From Auanema rhodensis (taxonomy: Eukaryota; Animalia; Nematoda), in assembly GCA_964057225.1 (NCBI GenBank), contig OZ059899.1, positions 7,874,001-7,938,000 of the forward strand: 64,000 nt of DNA. The letters run 5' to 3'. Made by a program: the position numbers and the translations under genes. Under the pieces are notes generated by a model. The model was not told the DNA's origin. It saw nothing but the letters and a program-made list of their open reading frames with translations, and ran no database searches. The stretch's first letter is position 1; the number at the start of each line of letters is the position of its first letter. Below, piece after piece: positions 1-11,700 of the stretch.

Positions 1-329
1 CTTTTTCTCCTACACAGAAACATCCTCTATTTGTACAATCACGGCAGGCTTGTTGCTGAAAATACAAGTATTAAGATAATTATTTAAAAGTTCAGAAAAG
101 AAACAAGTTTGAAACATCTATTGATTTAACAATTTTTCAGGCAAAAAAATGATGTCCTCAACACATGATAAGTAATAGGTTTCAATGGCCATAAGGACAG
201 CCAAAACCTGATACGACGAATATTTTTGACAACTGACCAGAAAGCTTTATCTCTTTATCTTAACAGAAACTTAATAGTAGTATAAGTGTTCAAAAAAATT
301 ATCTTGAATTTTTAGTGAATTTTCATATG

Positions 330-535
330 AGTTTGATTACTGTTTGAATTTCAGAAAATTTATCTCTAAACCTTTCAAGAAAAGCTCTAGCATTGAATTT
401 AAGAAATCAATTAAGAAATTGATGAAATGAATATCAATGTAAGGAAGAAAAATAGAATATAATGATTGTATATGCTGATGATATATCATTTTCTAATAGG
501 TTAGAGCTCACAAAAAGATTTCTTGTTGTTCGATA
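330..535 (+). mobile_element. Degenerate non-LTR retrotransposon (LINE, RTE-like) reverse transcriptase fragment
   Basis: Reads ...MIVYADDISF (YADD catalytic motif, ~470-481). It is preceded, across stops and a frameshift, by ENLSLNLSRKALA..LRN and MNINV, resembling the RTE RT segment DTISPKLFTAALE..LDW..GINVDG. Confidence 0.4.
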
Positions 536-1508
536 ACGTCGTTCACTTGTGTCAATTTGAATTTCAAGTATAATCTTTGTATTAGCATTCAATGTCTTTC
601 CCCGAAATGTTAACTGATATTCCGTAGAAAATAGCTTTTTTTCATTTTTTTAATGAAAGAGCGATGTTACAAAATTTAATGTTAGTTGAAAAAACGACGA
701 ATATTCAGGTACAAGGACCTCTTTACGTACTGCACAGTGATAGAAATTCAGAAAAAGAAGATGAGAGAAAAGAAACAACTGTTAGCCATCTTCTGATGAA
801 TAGCTTAAGATGAAGAAATAGTGATTGAATTTTTGGAATAAATTGTGAACGATTCATATTTAACAAGTAAACTATTTATCAAAATATATTAATTATTAAA
901 AGAAAAGATAAATGTTCTTTTAATATTTTTTTGTAATTTTAAGCTTATTTCCTGATAAATTTCTTATCTTTGTCGATAAGACATGATAGTTTAAATAACT
1001 TTATCTCATCAACGTTCCAGAACGAAATTAAAATTTCGTTTTGTTATTTGAAAGTAGTTCTTTTGTATTAAAGTTTTATCCTCTACCTAGTCAAAGTCCG
1101 TTTTATTATACACTACTTTGTAATGAACATAAGCAAGCTATCAATCAGCTAGTTTTTTCAATTCAAAAGCGTTTTCTCATCCATCTACGTCGGCATTTTC
1201 GATGAACCATCGAGCATTAGTGCATTGATAAAAGGATCAAAGAAGGTCGGGATAGACAAAAGAGAGAAAGAAATTGAGAGATATCAAAGCTTTATATATA
1301 GAGAGAAAGAGAAATAAGAGGTACGAATAGAAAGAAAGGGCCAGTTGTAATCTTTCCCCTCACCTCTTCTTCTCTATCTCTGTTAATTACGAGAACAATC
1401 ATCATCTTCGTTTGGGAAATACAAAAAATGTTGTCTTCTTCCCGTTGACCTCTTAATATTTTCTCTCTTTCTCTCTAGTCATCTTCTTGTTCATAACTCT
1501 CTAATATC

Positions 1509-1539
<31 letters not shown>

Positions 1540-1540
1540 T
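1509..1540. repeat. (CT)n microsatellite
   Basis: Direct reading; one interruption. Confidence 0.9.
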
Positions 1541-3725
1541 AATGTCATTTTTGGTTTTAAACCATAGATGCTGTAAGTCGACAGTCTTCAATCGGCTTAT
1601 TTTGATATCTAAATCAGATAATGGGAATATCGAATATTGATAATAAAGAAGAAATATTTACAAGATAGAGCATTAATATCTAAAAATACAAAAATAAAAA
1701 CCTTTAAGTAAGCATTTGATTTCAGTAACGATATGATAATCTCAACAAGGTTTGTTCTATTAACTGTTCAGACATTTTCCTCTTTATCTTAACATGTTTA
1801 AAATGAAAGGCTAATATGCTTCTTAATGTATCATAAGTATAGAAGTTGTCAGTTCGATAATACTTCGCGAGAGTGTCGCAGTATTATGATGGTGACCGAC
1901 GCCAAATGTCGTCTTACACATTGAAATGGTATTGAAAATATTTTGAATTTTTAAAGTTATTATCGATTACTATAGTATAGTTTACTCACATGTATATATA
2001 TATATTTAAATTATTAATATAACTATACGTATTATTAGGTCATTACAGAATGATTGAGAACAGCTTTTCATCTGTTGACACTGTAATACAGTATAGTAGC
2101 AGCTGGCCTATTGCCTGATAGTAAGTATTTCCATCTTCCCTATATCACTCAACAACTATCGTTTTTTAACACAAAAGTTTTCTTTCAATCGACCAAAATG
2201 CAATTTTAGTATCGGTGCTCTAAAATTAGAAAAAAAGTATCTTGTTTTCTCTAACTGATTGAACAGATTTTCCTTTCTTCTCTTATTTTACTGGGAAAAA
2301 AGGAAACCGATCAAAAAGAAATATTCTTTATTATAAAGTTGATGACAAGTTTAAATGTTATACATATGAGCTAATGTCAACTAATATCAACTTAGACGGA
2401 TGAGGGGACATCGTTGGTTAACCGAGCTTCAGGAGGACAAAAACATTAAACTATGAACTCTCTCATTATCCCTTTACATTCTTATTATCTCTTACTTTTT
2501 CTCTTCTTCTCATCTTATCTGTGATAAATCTATTTTAGATAATGACAGAGATGGGATGAAGCATACAACATAACGTATAAAATATTTTAAATAGAAATCT
2601 TAAATGAATTGGCTGATTCATAAAGGAAATTAAATATTAATTATAAACTAATATATTTTAATATTTTGATTGCCAAATACAGTAATTTCAAAACATTTTA
2701 ATTTAATAAACCATTAAGATATGATGATAATTTATCTTCAAATTTGCTTTCAAATTTGAAATTTATCAAATTCTCTCTTTCTCATTTTCAACATTTTTTT
2801 CTTTCACCATATTGAAGCTATTTAGGATAAGTATTAGATATAAAGCTTATGCAGAGCAAGATCGAAAGAAAAAGAAGAAAAGGGAAAAAGGAATAAGACT
2901 AGAGAGAGAAAAGGGAGAGAGAGAGATGATGATGATTGAACATAAACACAACATATTATAAAGCGTAAGATGTTCAGAAATAAACAATGTTATAACAAGT
3001 GCTTTGGAATTACTAAATGTTGATTTGAATGAACTTATGATGTTGTAAATTCACCCCCCCCACCACATCCAAACTCTCTACTTCAAATAGCATAACTACT
3101 ATGAAAGGATAATATATATATTTTTTTAAACATATAGTTAGATAGATATATATATACCTAAAAGCTTTTATAAGTATTAAATGCCAAAACATTGTTTGAA
3201 GTCACAGCTGCAATAAAAATCACATACAGCTGCCATGAATTTAGAAGTTCGAGATCAAAAAAAATTTTAAAAACCAAGAGACTTTGAACTAATCTTCACA
3301 TACGGTTCAAGATTTTGGAAAAGATATCTGAGAATAGCTATTCAAGAAGTTTACGATTTTAATTCCAAAAATATATAAATGAAAATCTGAACATACCGAA
3401 TTGACAACGTTGATAGTCACAAAGAGTACGGATGCTAATAATAGCATTTGCCTAAAAATAGTTTTGTTTAAAAAAAATAAAAAGAATAATTTGTATGAGA
3501 ATATCTCTTTTATGTTTTATAATTGTTTTATAAGTTTGTATACATTTAATGGTACTAATTTAATTAATATACTGTAATTTTAAAGTTTTTAATTTACAAA
3601 CCTTGTACGATATGTCAAACAAAATACAAAATGTGATTATTATGAAAATATTCTCAAAACTTCTTAATGAATTCAAAAAATAAAAATTTAAAAAAAGAAT
3701 AATAGAATCAGGAATGTTTAAAATA

Positions 3726-4769
3726 CCATCCGTCAAAAAATGTGTTTTAACAATTACTAGTAGATAATCTCAATCAAATTTTCTGGTAAATTCTTACCAT
3801 AACGGCAGTTTTAACCGCCTCATGGTCTACTTCCGTGGAATTCACCGAAGTAGCTCCACAGGCGTCCTAGAGCACTGCTGGTCCTTTCTTTAGCTGTTTC
3901 TGCAGCTGCAAAAGGCCCGGCCCGAGATGTCAGTGCGCCTGCTGGAAGGAGAATAGTTGAGCCTTCCAAGACGTCTTAGTTCTCGAATGGGCGGGGCTTG
4001 ACTTCGAAAAGACAGACTGTTACTATCTCTGTCTCTCTCTGAATTTCAGAAGATATTTCCATCACTCTTAGCTTGTATTTCTGGTCACAAATTCAGAACC
4101 TCGACATTGCAAAAGCAAGACATCGCAATCCGTTGCATCCCAACTGTCTGTTGCTCTCCAACTCCTACATGATATCTGCTTTTTCTTCTCTTGTCTTTTA
4201 GATTCCTCCACAGACGGATTGTTATCCAAGACAGTAGGCACAGACAGGAGTGCAGCAGCTGAACAGAGAAGCCAATGCTGCTAGGGGGGAATGAGATATA
4301 AGTGTAAATGATGGAGAGACAGGAGATTCCTACTATTCTCTAGAAATCCAGAAGCCTCTCTTTGCCCTCTTGTTCTTCATATCACAACTCTTTCCTCTCT
4401 TTTCTTTTTCCACAATTTCTTTCCCTATTTCTACAGTTGTTGTAACACATTGCCCAGTAAGAGAAGCTGCAACCTAGTTCTCTTCATAAACCATCTATTT
4501 CAACCCCAGCCACCCCTTTCTCTCACCCTCCTTGTTTCCCTAAGTTTATTTCACCACTTCTACTTACTCTAATATCCTCGTCATCTTCTCTTTCTTCAAG
4601 TCTCCATCTTATTCTCTCGATTCCCCCCCTCTTTTTCTTTAATATATCGGCATGCCTCTGGCCAGCTCCGGCAAATTCTTTTCGACGATTGTCCAGATGC
4701 TCTGCCCCCACGGGCAGGTAGTTCAATTAATCGATCTGGACGCCATTGGTTAACACTTTTGACGTCCGA
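3726..4769 (-). other. ~1-kb GC-rich, extensively self-complementary element (candidate structured ncRNA or non-autonomous mobile element)
   Basis: Many helices (e.g. 3827-3833/3847-3853, 3859-3864/3936-3941, 4126-4133/4214-4221, 4284-4320/4600-4629, 4691-4698/4734-4741), imperfect terminal inverted repeats 3731-3754/4745-4764, no convincing ORF. Confidence 0.55.
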
Positions 4770-5045
4770 TAAGATTCAATGATGAACCACTGAGGGATCA
4801 GGCTAGAAAAGTAAGAGAAGGTGGGGATATAGGTGATCGAAATCAAAAATTAAGGAAACTGACAAAGTTTTCAATGAAGAAACAATATCGATAAGTTAGC
4901 AACAAAAAGTACAAAACGTTTAAGTTTCTGCTAAGATTTTACGATTTAGACCAAGAATAAATTGTGTTATCCTAGTTTTCTGAAAGTATTTATTTCAGAA
5001 TCCCCGAAGAACAGTACATATGATATCTAATCATTTATACATAGC

Positions 5046-5615
5046 TTAACTGGAACTGAAAAAAAACTTATTGTTGAATTAAATATGAATTTATTCAAAT
5101 TAACAAGTTCAACTAAAACTTTTCACCATATCAAACATGTCGTCAGCTGTTACGCTGACCTCTGGTGAGCTTGGCCGAACTGTCTGGCAAAGCATCTGTC
5201 CTCAACAGACAACAAGAATGACGATAAAGACAGATTACAAAAGAATTACAGAGAAAAAATATTTAAAATCCATTTTCCCTTTGAGTTTCAATACAAACAC
5301 TTTACCTTCGGGTCGCTTCAGAGGCTTAGGTGCACATCCTTCTTCCCACAATCGCTTGGTTTCCTCGTCAGCATCTTCTCGATACTTCGGAACTTTATAT
5401 TCGTCTACGTGATCTACTCTAATCAATCGCTTCAGAAGCTGCAAGAAAAAGTTTAAATTAAAAGAAGTAGTTTGCGATCAAACCGTCATCCCATTCATAT
5501 TATCCACAGCTAATACAGTACTTCGTTGATCCTGATAACATAGAAAACAGAATCCTTTTGATTTTCCAGTCTTTCGATCTCTTATTAAATTTATATTCAT
5601 CACTTCACCATATCT
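5046..5615 (-). pseudogene. 570-bp direct duplicate of RBMX2 exons 2-3, introns 2-3 and the start of exon 4 (source 7643-8212)
   Basis: Constant offset of 2597 bp; by eye identical except 5 substitutions (5137, 5164, 5165, 5177, 5184); introns retained. Confidence 0.95.
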
Positions 5616-6649
5616 GTATAAACTAAGCATCTTGGCGATCGAAAGTTGCACTTAATCCGAAACCATCCCGTTCGTTCCATCTAGCACACATTCAAAGTCT
5701 TCATAGACAACTAATTTACCAACGATGCTAAGATATCTCTTCCGAAACATATGTGAATCTCTATTCATAGTTTACAGGCCTAAGAGTCACATACGGAGAA
5801 AAAATAAACAAAAGTGAATAGGGAAGTGAGGGCAGATCATCATCTTAGTACTAAAAGGGCACCATGGTGAAATAAATGCTCAGAAATTCGAAAAGTTTAT
5901 TTAGCTCTGTAGGGAACCACCAGAAAATCTCTTTCAATAAACTTGAAACGCTTAACTATTCCTAACATATACGGTTTTCTATGTGAGATTCCAATAAAAC
6001 GTGATTAGATGATGACTCTAAGAAAACTTTCGGCTCGTCTTATACTGATGTTGCAGTGGAAGCAGCAGCTGTTAACTATGAGTCAGCCTTAGCTCATTGA
6101 AAGCGCTTATATTGTAACATCTAGACGAAAGAAGCACATCTTATTACCCTTTCAGATAATGACCTCACGTACATATGGGAGGGAACTTAACACTTAAATT
6201 AATTATAAAAATAATAATCTAAGAATATATACTTAAGTAACGTTTTTAAAAAAAAATATATATATATATACTACTCGGTATCGGATTGTATAATATTAAT
6301 CTTAATAGAACAAATTCTAATAAACTGAAACTTCAATTCTATACCGTATAGCTGAAAAAAAAATATTTTTCGAACACCTGCCGCAAAAAAAAACAGTGTG
6401 GATGAAAGCGTGAGTTTTTTGTCAACATATCTACGGGCAACTACACTCTAATGATCTGATGAGATATTTTATCTTCGAACAATTTACAATCTTTAAAAGT
6501 TTAGACATCTAATTTTGTTTCAAGAAATATGCTATAAAATTTTTTAAAAAAATATCATATGTACAGGTTGTTTATCTAATTAAACATTATGTCTTGATCA
6601 TTATATTGTTTATTATATTTTTCCAATTGGAATACAGCTTTTTAATGAC

Positions 6650-6955
6650 AATGGACTCAAGAAGAGGATGAGAAGCTAATTGCTCTAGTCAATCTGATGA
6701 AAGTTAATGGCAAAATTCAATGGGATAAAGGTTTACTTTTCTATATATCATAATTATAAAGGAAAAATTGCAGTTACTTATAATATGAGAGGTAGGCATC
6801 GTCAGCAGGTTCGTACAAGATATATGAGAACATTGGATAAAAATGTGAAGCATGGAAGATGGACTGATCCCGAAGATTTGGTATTTATAAATTTTTTTTT
6901 CAAATATGTTGTTTTTATAGCTTCTCATGTGCGCTGTAAGCAGATTTGGAGCTAA
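6650..6955 (+). pseudogene. 306-bp direct duplicate of the SNAPC4 Myb-repeat exons with two introns (source 10169-10474)
   Basis: Constant offset of 3519 bp; ORF 6707-6955 is identical to 10226-10474; in-frame TGA just upstream of the WTQEEDEKL codons. Confidence 0.95.
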
Positions 6956-7053
6956 CTCAAAGAAAGCCATGTATATAGTATTAAGGAAACCAGTTAATGT
7001 ATAAACTTTTTACGAACTTAAATACGGTGATATATACAAAAATAGTGGAATAG

Positions 7054-8534
7054 TTAGCGTGCATGTCTTTTGGAAACATAATTTTCTCCTTCCTGCCATA
7101 CTCCTTTTCCTTTTTGAGCAATTTCTTGATCTCTGATAATTTTCCAAATACCTCTCTCGTGATCAGTGAGCTAAAAATAAAAATGCTGCATATAGATAAA
7201 CAATTAAGCAAATACCTTCGTGAAATCATCAGGACGAGCATTGTAAACTTGTTCTTCTTTTTCGATTTTCCTTCCAAAGTTGAAATGTTCATTGGTGTAT
7301 AAATCGTCTTCCTGAGAAATGAATTTAAAAAATAAGAATGAAATATTGAACCATACATCAACTTTAACGTCTAATAATTTTATTTGTTCCTTCCAGTTGC
7401 CCTCCGGATCATTCTTAGACTTCTCTAGAATCTTCTGGATCTTCTTAGCCTTCTTCTTGGCTTTCTTAGCCTTCTTCTTCTCCTTCTTTGCAATTTTCTT
7501 ATCCAATTTTCTTTGTTTCAACACATCCTTCATAAAGTCATCCTCCTTAAAATATGTATATTAGTATCGCAAAGACAGAAGAAGTCATACCTTGATCGCC
7601 ACAATTATTTCTTTAGGTTTAGGTGGCTCAGCAGGTTCAATTTTAACTGGAACTGAAAAAAAACTTATTGTTGAATTAAATATGAATTTATTCAAATTAA
7701 CAAGTTCAACTAAAACTTTTCACCATATCAAACGTGTCGTCAGCTGTTACGCTGACCTCTACTGAGCTTGGCCAAACTGTTTGGCAAAGCATCTGTCCTC
7801 AACAGACAACAAGAATGACGATAAAGACAGATTACAAAAGAATTACAGAGAAAAAATATTTAAAATCCATTTTCCCTTTGAGTTTCAATACAAACACTTT
7901 ACCTTCGGGTCGCTTCAGAGGCTTAGGTGCACATCCTTCTTCCCACAATCGCTTGGTTTCCTCGTCAGCATCTTCTCGATACTTCGGAACTTTATATTCG
8001 TCTACGTGATCTACTCTAATCAATCGCTTCAGAAGCTGCAAGAAAAAGTTTAAATTAAAAGAAGTAGTTTGCGATCAAACCGTCATCCCATTCATATTAT
8101 CCACAGCTAATACAGTACTTCGTTGATCCTGATAACATAGAAAACAGAATCCTTTTGATTTTCCAGTCTTTCGATCTCTTATTAAATTTATATTCATCAC
8201 TTCACCATATCTAAAATGTTAGAATAGAGCAAGCTCTCTTAGAGAGTAATTTCATAGATTTTTGGAATAACTTTGAAAAATAGAAAACATAAAACAAAAC
8301 AGTGCATTTAATTAAAACTAAAATATTTTTCAAGACACAAAATTTAAAAACTTACTGTGAAAAAACGGTGATTATATCTCCTTCTGATAAATCAAAAGGT
8401 AGTCCTCCTATGTATACCCAAGCAGAATCTTGGTATTTCTGATGCCATGTTTTGCCGCTATCACCAGCTATTCCAAAAGATAACTCTCGTTCATTGAGCC
8501 TATTCTGATTTTTAATATTGGTGATTGGATTCAT
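7054..8534 (-). CDS. RBMX2: RNA-binding motif protein X-linked 2 / Snu17-Ist3 (RES complex RRM protein), 7 exons, ~301 aa
   Basis: [80 protein letters not shown] is the RBMX2 signature. Exons 8534-8356, 8210-8081, 8035-7903, 7652-7591, 7545-7357, 7311-7216 and 7170-7054 join in frame; Lys-rich tail. Confidence 0.95.
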
Positions 8535-8780
8535 CTAAAATTATTAAATATTATTTACAATTCATAAAAATACATAAGGAGAATAAAATGAACATATTAG
8601 CCAATTAAGTAGAACTAAAAAGAGAGCTGTACAAAAATTCGAAAATACGTTAATTGACGTGCCGTACGCAAAATTTCGTTGGTAACTTACCTCTTTTAAG
8701 CTTCACGAAAGAAATTTAAATGAAGGCTACATTCTGAAAATTAATTAAGTCTTTACTGTATAACGCTTTAAAAATTGAAG
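8535..8780. promoter_or_regulatory. Short bidirectional promoter shared by RBMX2 and SNAPC4
   Basis: Divergent ATGs 246 bp apart, each directly preceded by an AG acceptor (ttttag|ATG, ttgaag|ATG); small CG-richer core at 8655-8690 with TGACGT. Confidence 0.75.
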
Positions 8781-11700
8781 ATGGATGTGCTTCTGGATGA
8801 AGAGCTATCCTATCCCACGGATAATCCAATACCATCGACGTCTGGATTAGCTCGTCATCACGCTGATGATGATGATGATGCTTACTTACGAGCTTTGGAA
8901 GGATCCGAACTGGTTATCATAAATGTGCCCGCAAATTTAAATAATTTTAAATTTATAGTCTGTCTTGGAAAATCTGGATAGCCCTTTTCATGCTGTGGAA
9001 ACAGAGGATGGATGGCCAGAATGTGATTCAACAGTTGTATTATTAGCTTTAAACGAGGCTTACATCGAACTTGTTAGTCAGATGATCACTAAAGTTGAGC
9101 GATCTATAGAATTAAATTTACAGAAGCAGGTTGTTTTTTCTAGAGATATCATGATTCACTGTAAAAATTTAGAAAGATGTTCTTAATAAGCAACAGGCTC
9201 TGCGAGAGAGCGAATTAACAACTAGAAAAAAAGTCCCTGTTCTTCAATATTTGCCCCCTTACTTCAAGGATGACAATATGATGGTAAATGTTATGATTTA
9301 TTTGGCAACAGATCAGTCATGGTTATAGTGCCCGCCTCTGAGTGAAGAAGCTAAATCTAAATTGAAGAATGTTGCTTTCGACCCATTAAGCAAGGAGGAA
9401 AAGAAATGTTTTTTTTTTCTTTTTTTTTTCAGTTTTCTTTAAGTTCTTTAGGGACTCCTAACGAATTGAAACTCCTACGAACTGCTGTGAAAGAATCTAT
9501 GTTAGCGAACAAACTTCAACCTTTAAAAGACAGGTTAGATTTTCTTTGAATATGCAAGCATACTAATACTGTAGGAGAGAAATCGTTGCGCAAAAACTTC
9601 AAACTAGTGGACAAGAAACATCCGATATGGAAAAAAATGATTGGAAAGATGAAATTGAAGTTATAGATAGAAAAATTCAATATGAAAAGTTTTGTTTTGA
9701 AATAAGGTTTATGTGTTACTCTATATTCTAGGAGTCTAAACGAGGATGAAATTTTAGTAGGAGACTATAGCAACGTAGATTGGGTTAAAATTGCTAATAG
9801 AGATGTAAGTTGCAATCATATTTTTTTTTCAAGTTAGTCATTAGTTTCATGGCGTGCGGACACCATCTTCGGTCAGATTAAAATGGGTGAATGAACAATG
9901 TCCAGCATATAATAGTGGTCCATGGGATAAGGAAGAGTTACAGAAACTAAAGCAGCTTCGTGAGGTATAAAGGAAATACTTTTCATTCACAAATTGTTTT
10001 CTTCAGAATAACTTTGTATCTTGGGGTGTTGTGGCAGATTTATTAGGAACTAAAAGAACACCTTGGATGTGCTTTGAAAAATATAGAAGTGACTTGTATG
10101 TATCTTCCAGGTAAGTAGTATTCATTTATGAATAATCTAAATTTTATATATTAAAAAACATTAAAGAGAATGGACACAAGAAGAGGATGAGAAGCTAATT
10201 GCTCTAGTCAATCTGATGAAAGTTAATGGCAAAATTCAATGGGATAAAGGTTTACTTTTCTATATATCATAATTATAAAGGAAAAATTGCAGTTACTTAT
10301 AATATGAGAGGTAGGCATCGTCAGCAGGTTCGTACAAGATATATGAGAACATTGGATAAAAATGTGAAGCATGGAAGATGGACTGATCCCGAAGATTTGG
10401 TATTTATAAATTTTTTTTTCAAATATGTTGTTTTTATAGCTTCTCATGTGCGCTGTAAGCAGATTTGGAGCTAAAGATTGGAACAGAGTTGCGAAAAGTG
10501 TACCTGGTCGGACTGATGTACAATGTCGAGATAGGTAAGAAAGTTTCCTATTCCAAATTCATTTTTTTAATTTGTGCAGATGGATTACGGCCTTAGACAA
10601 GAGAAATGCTTGCAAGGAATGGACTCTTGAAGACGATGAAAAACTACTATATGCTGTATCCGTTTTTGGACGTGGTCAGTGGGTGAAATGTGCCCAGATT
10701 CTAGGAAATCGGCTTGCTGACCAGTGTCGCTATCGCTTCCATACCCTACTCAGTACCAAAATAAGAGTATGTTCATAAAAACGTAAGCAGCCTAAAAGAT
10801 GTTTCAGCTTCTTTCTTCTCAAATGGATGAAGCCAACGCTGATAGATCTAAGAGCTTTGTGAAAGTTGGTGCTGCTCGTCTACTAGCAAAACAATACGAA
10901 CTAAACAGAGTTAGTTTTGTTTCTTAAAATAAGGTAGTATAACAATTTTTAGAAATATCGTCGTTTTAATGAAATGATCAATGGTGATGATGAAACAGGA
11001 GATAAATTGTTATCCAGCATTATTGAGAAAACTTCAACTAAGACTCCACGTAATCGTACCGATAAACGAGTAAGATTATTCATTTATATTCGAGTTATAT
11101 TCAATTGGCAAAATACATTTTTAAGTATGATGTTGGACTTACTCCAACTGAACTGGATGAATTGCATGAAACCCTACAACGAATCACAGAGAAATATCAG
11201 AGTGGAGCTGTTCCTGATATCACTCGAATAATCGAAAGCATTCCTCTTACTGATGAGTAAGCAATTTTAATAAACAGAAATATATTTTTATTTTCAGAGA
11301 TGTATTCAGTATGATGAAACAATCAAAGTTGTCAGCTCATTTTAGACGATCTCAATCTATATTTGTTAAATCGAAGCCTAAATCTAATGTCATACACAAA
11401 TCTAAATAGAAAATTTATTTTTGTTTTTTTAGATTCGAAAAATTCGAAAAACACAGTATCTTTTAGCTGATAATGTACCGATAGAAACGAACTTTGAGGA
11501 TCATGTCACTGAGGTTATATTCAGATATAATTTGCAATAAATGCTTATTATTATAGGATGAAAGAGTTATCAGGTTAACAGAAGCTTTATGTCAAGCTGT
11601 TCGCAAATATGATCAACATCAATGGGGTATTGATTTTCATCGAGAATATGCCGAAGTTGGAAAAACTATCGTGAATTCTTTCATTGAACAAGTTAAGTTC

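Noticed and set aside
3726-4769. Telomerase RNA, RNase P/MRP, SRP RNA or ribozyme-bearing retrozyme identity for the structured element
   Set aside because: No GCCUAA template on either strand, no convincing P4 CR-I/CR-V pair, no SRP helix-8 motif, no CUGANGA/GAAA hammerhead core.
6005-6090. ATGATGA...CTGA C/D-like boxes in the spacer between the duplicates
   Set aside because: No terminal D box and no identifiable guide target.
6455-6480. CTGATGA-stem-CGAAC hammerhead-like motif
   Set aside because: Extra nucleotides before GAA and no stems I or III.
7700-7750. Hammerhead-like CUGACGA...GAAA in RBMX2 intron 3
   Set aside because: Stem II does not close next to GAAA and the cleavage position would be G.
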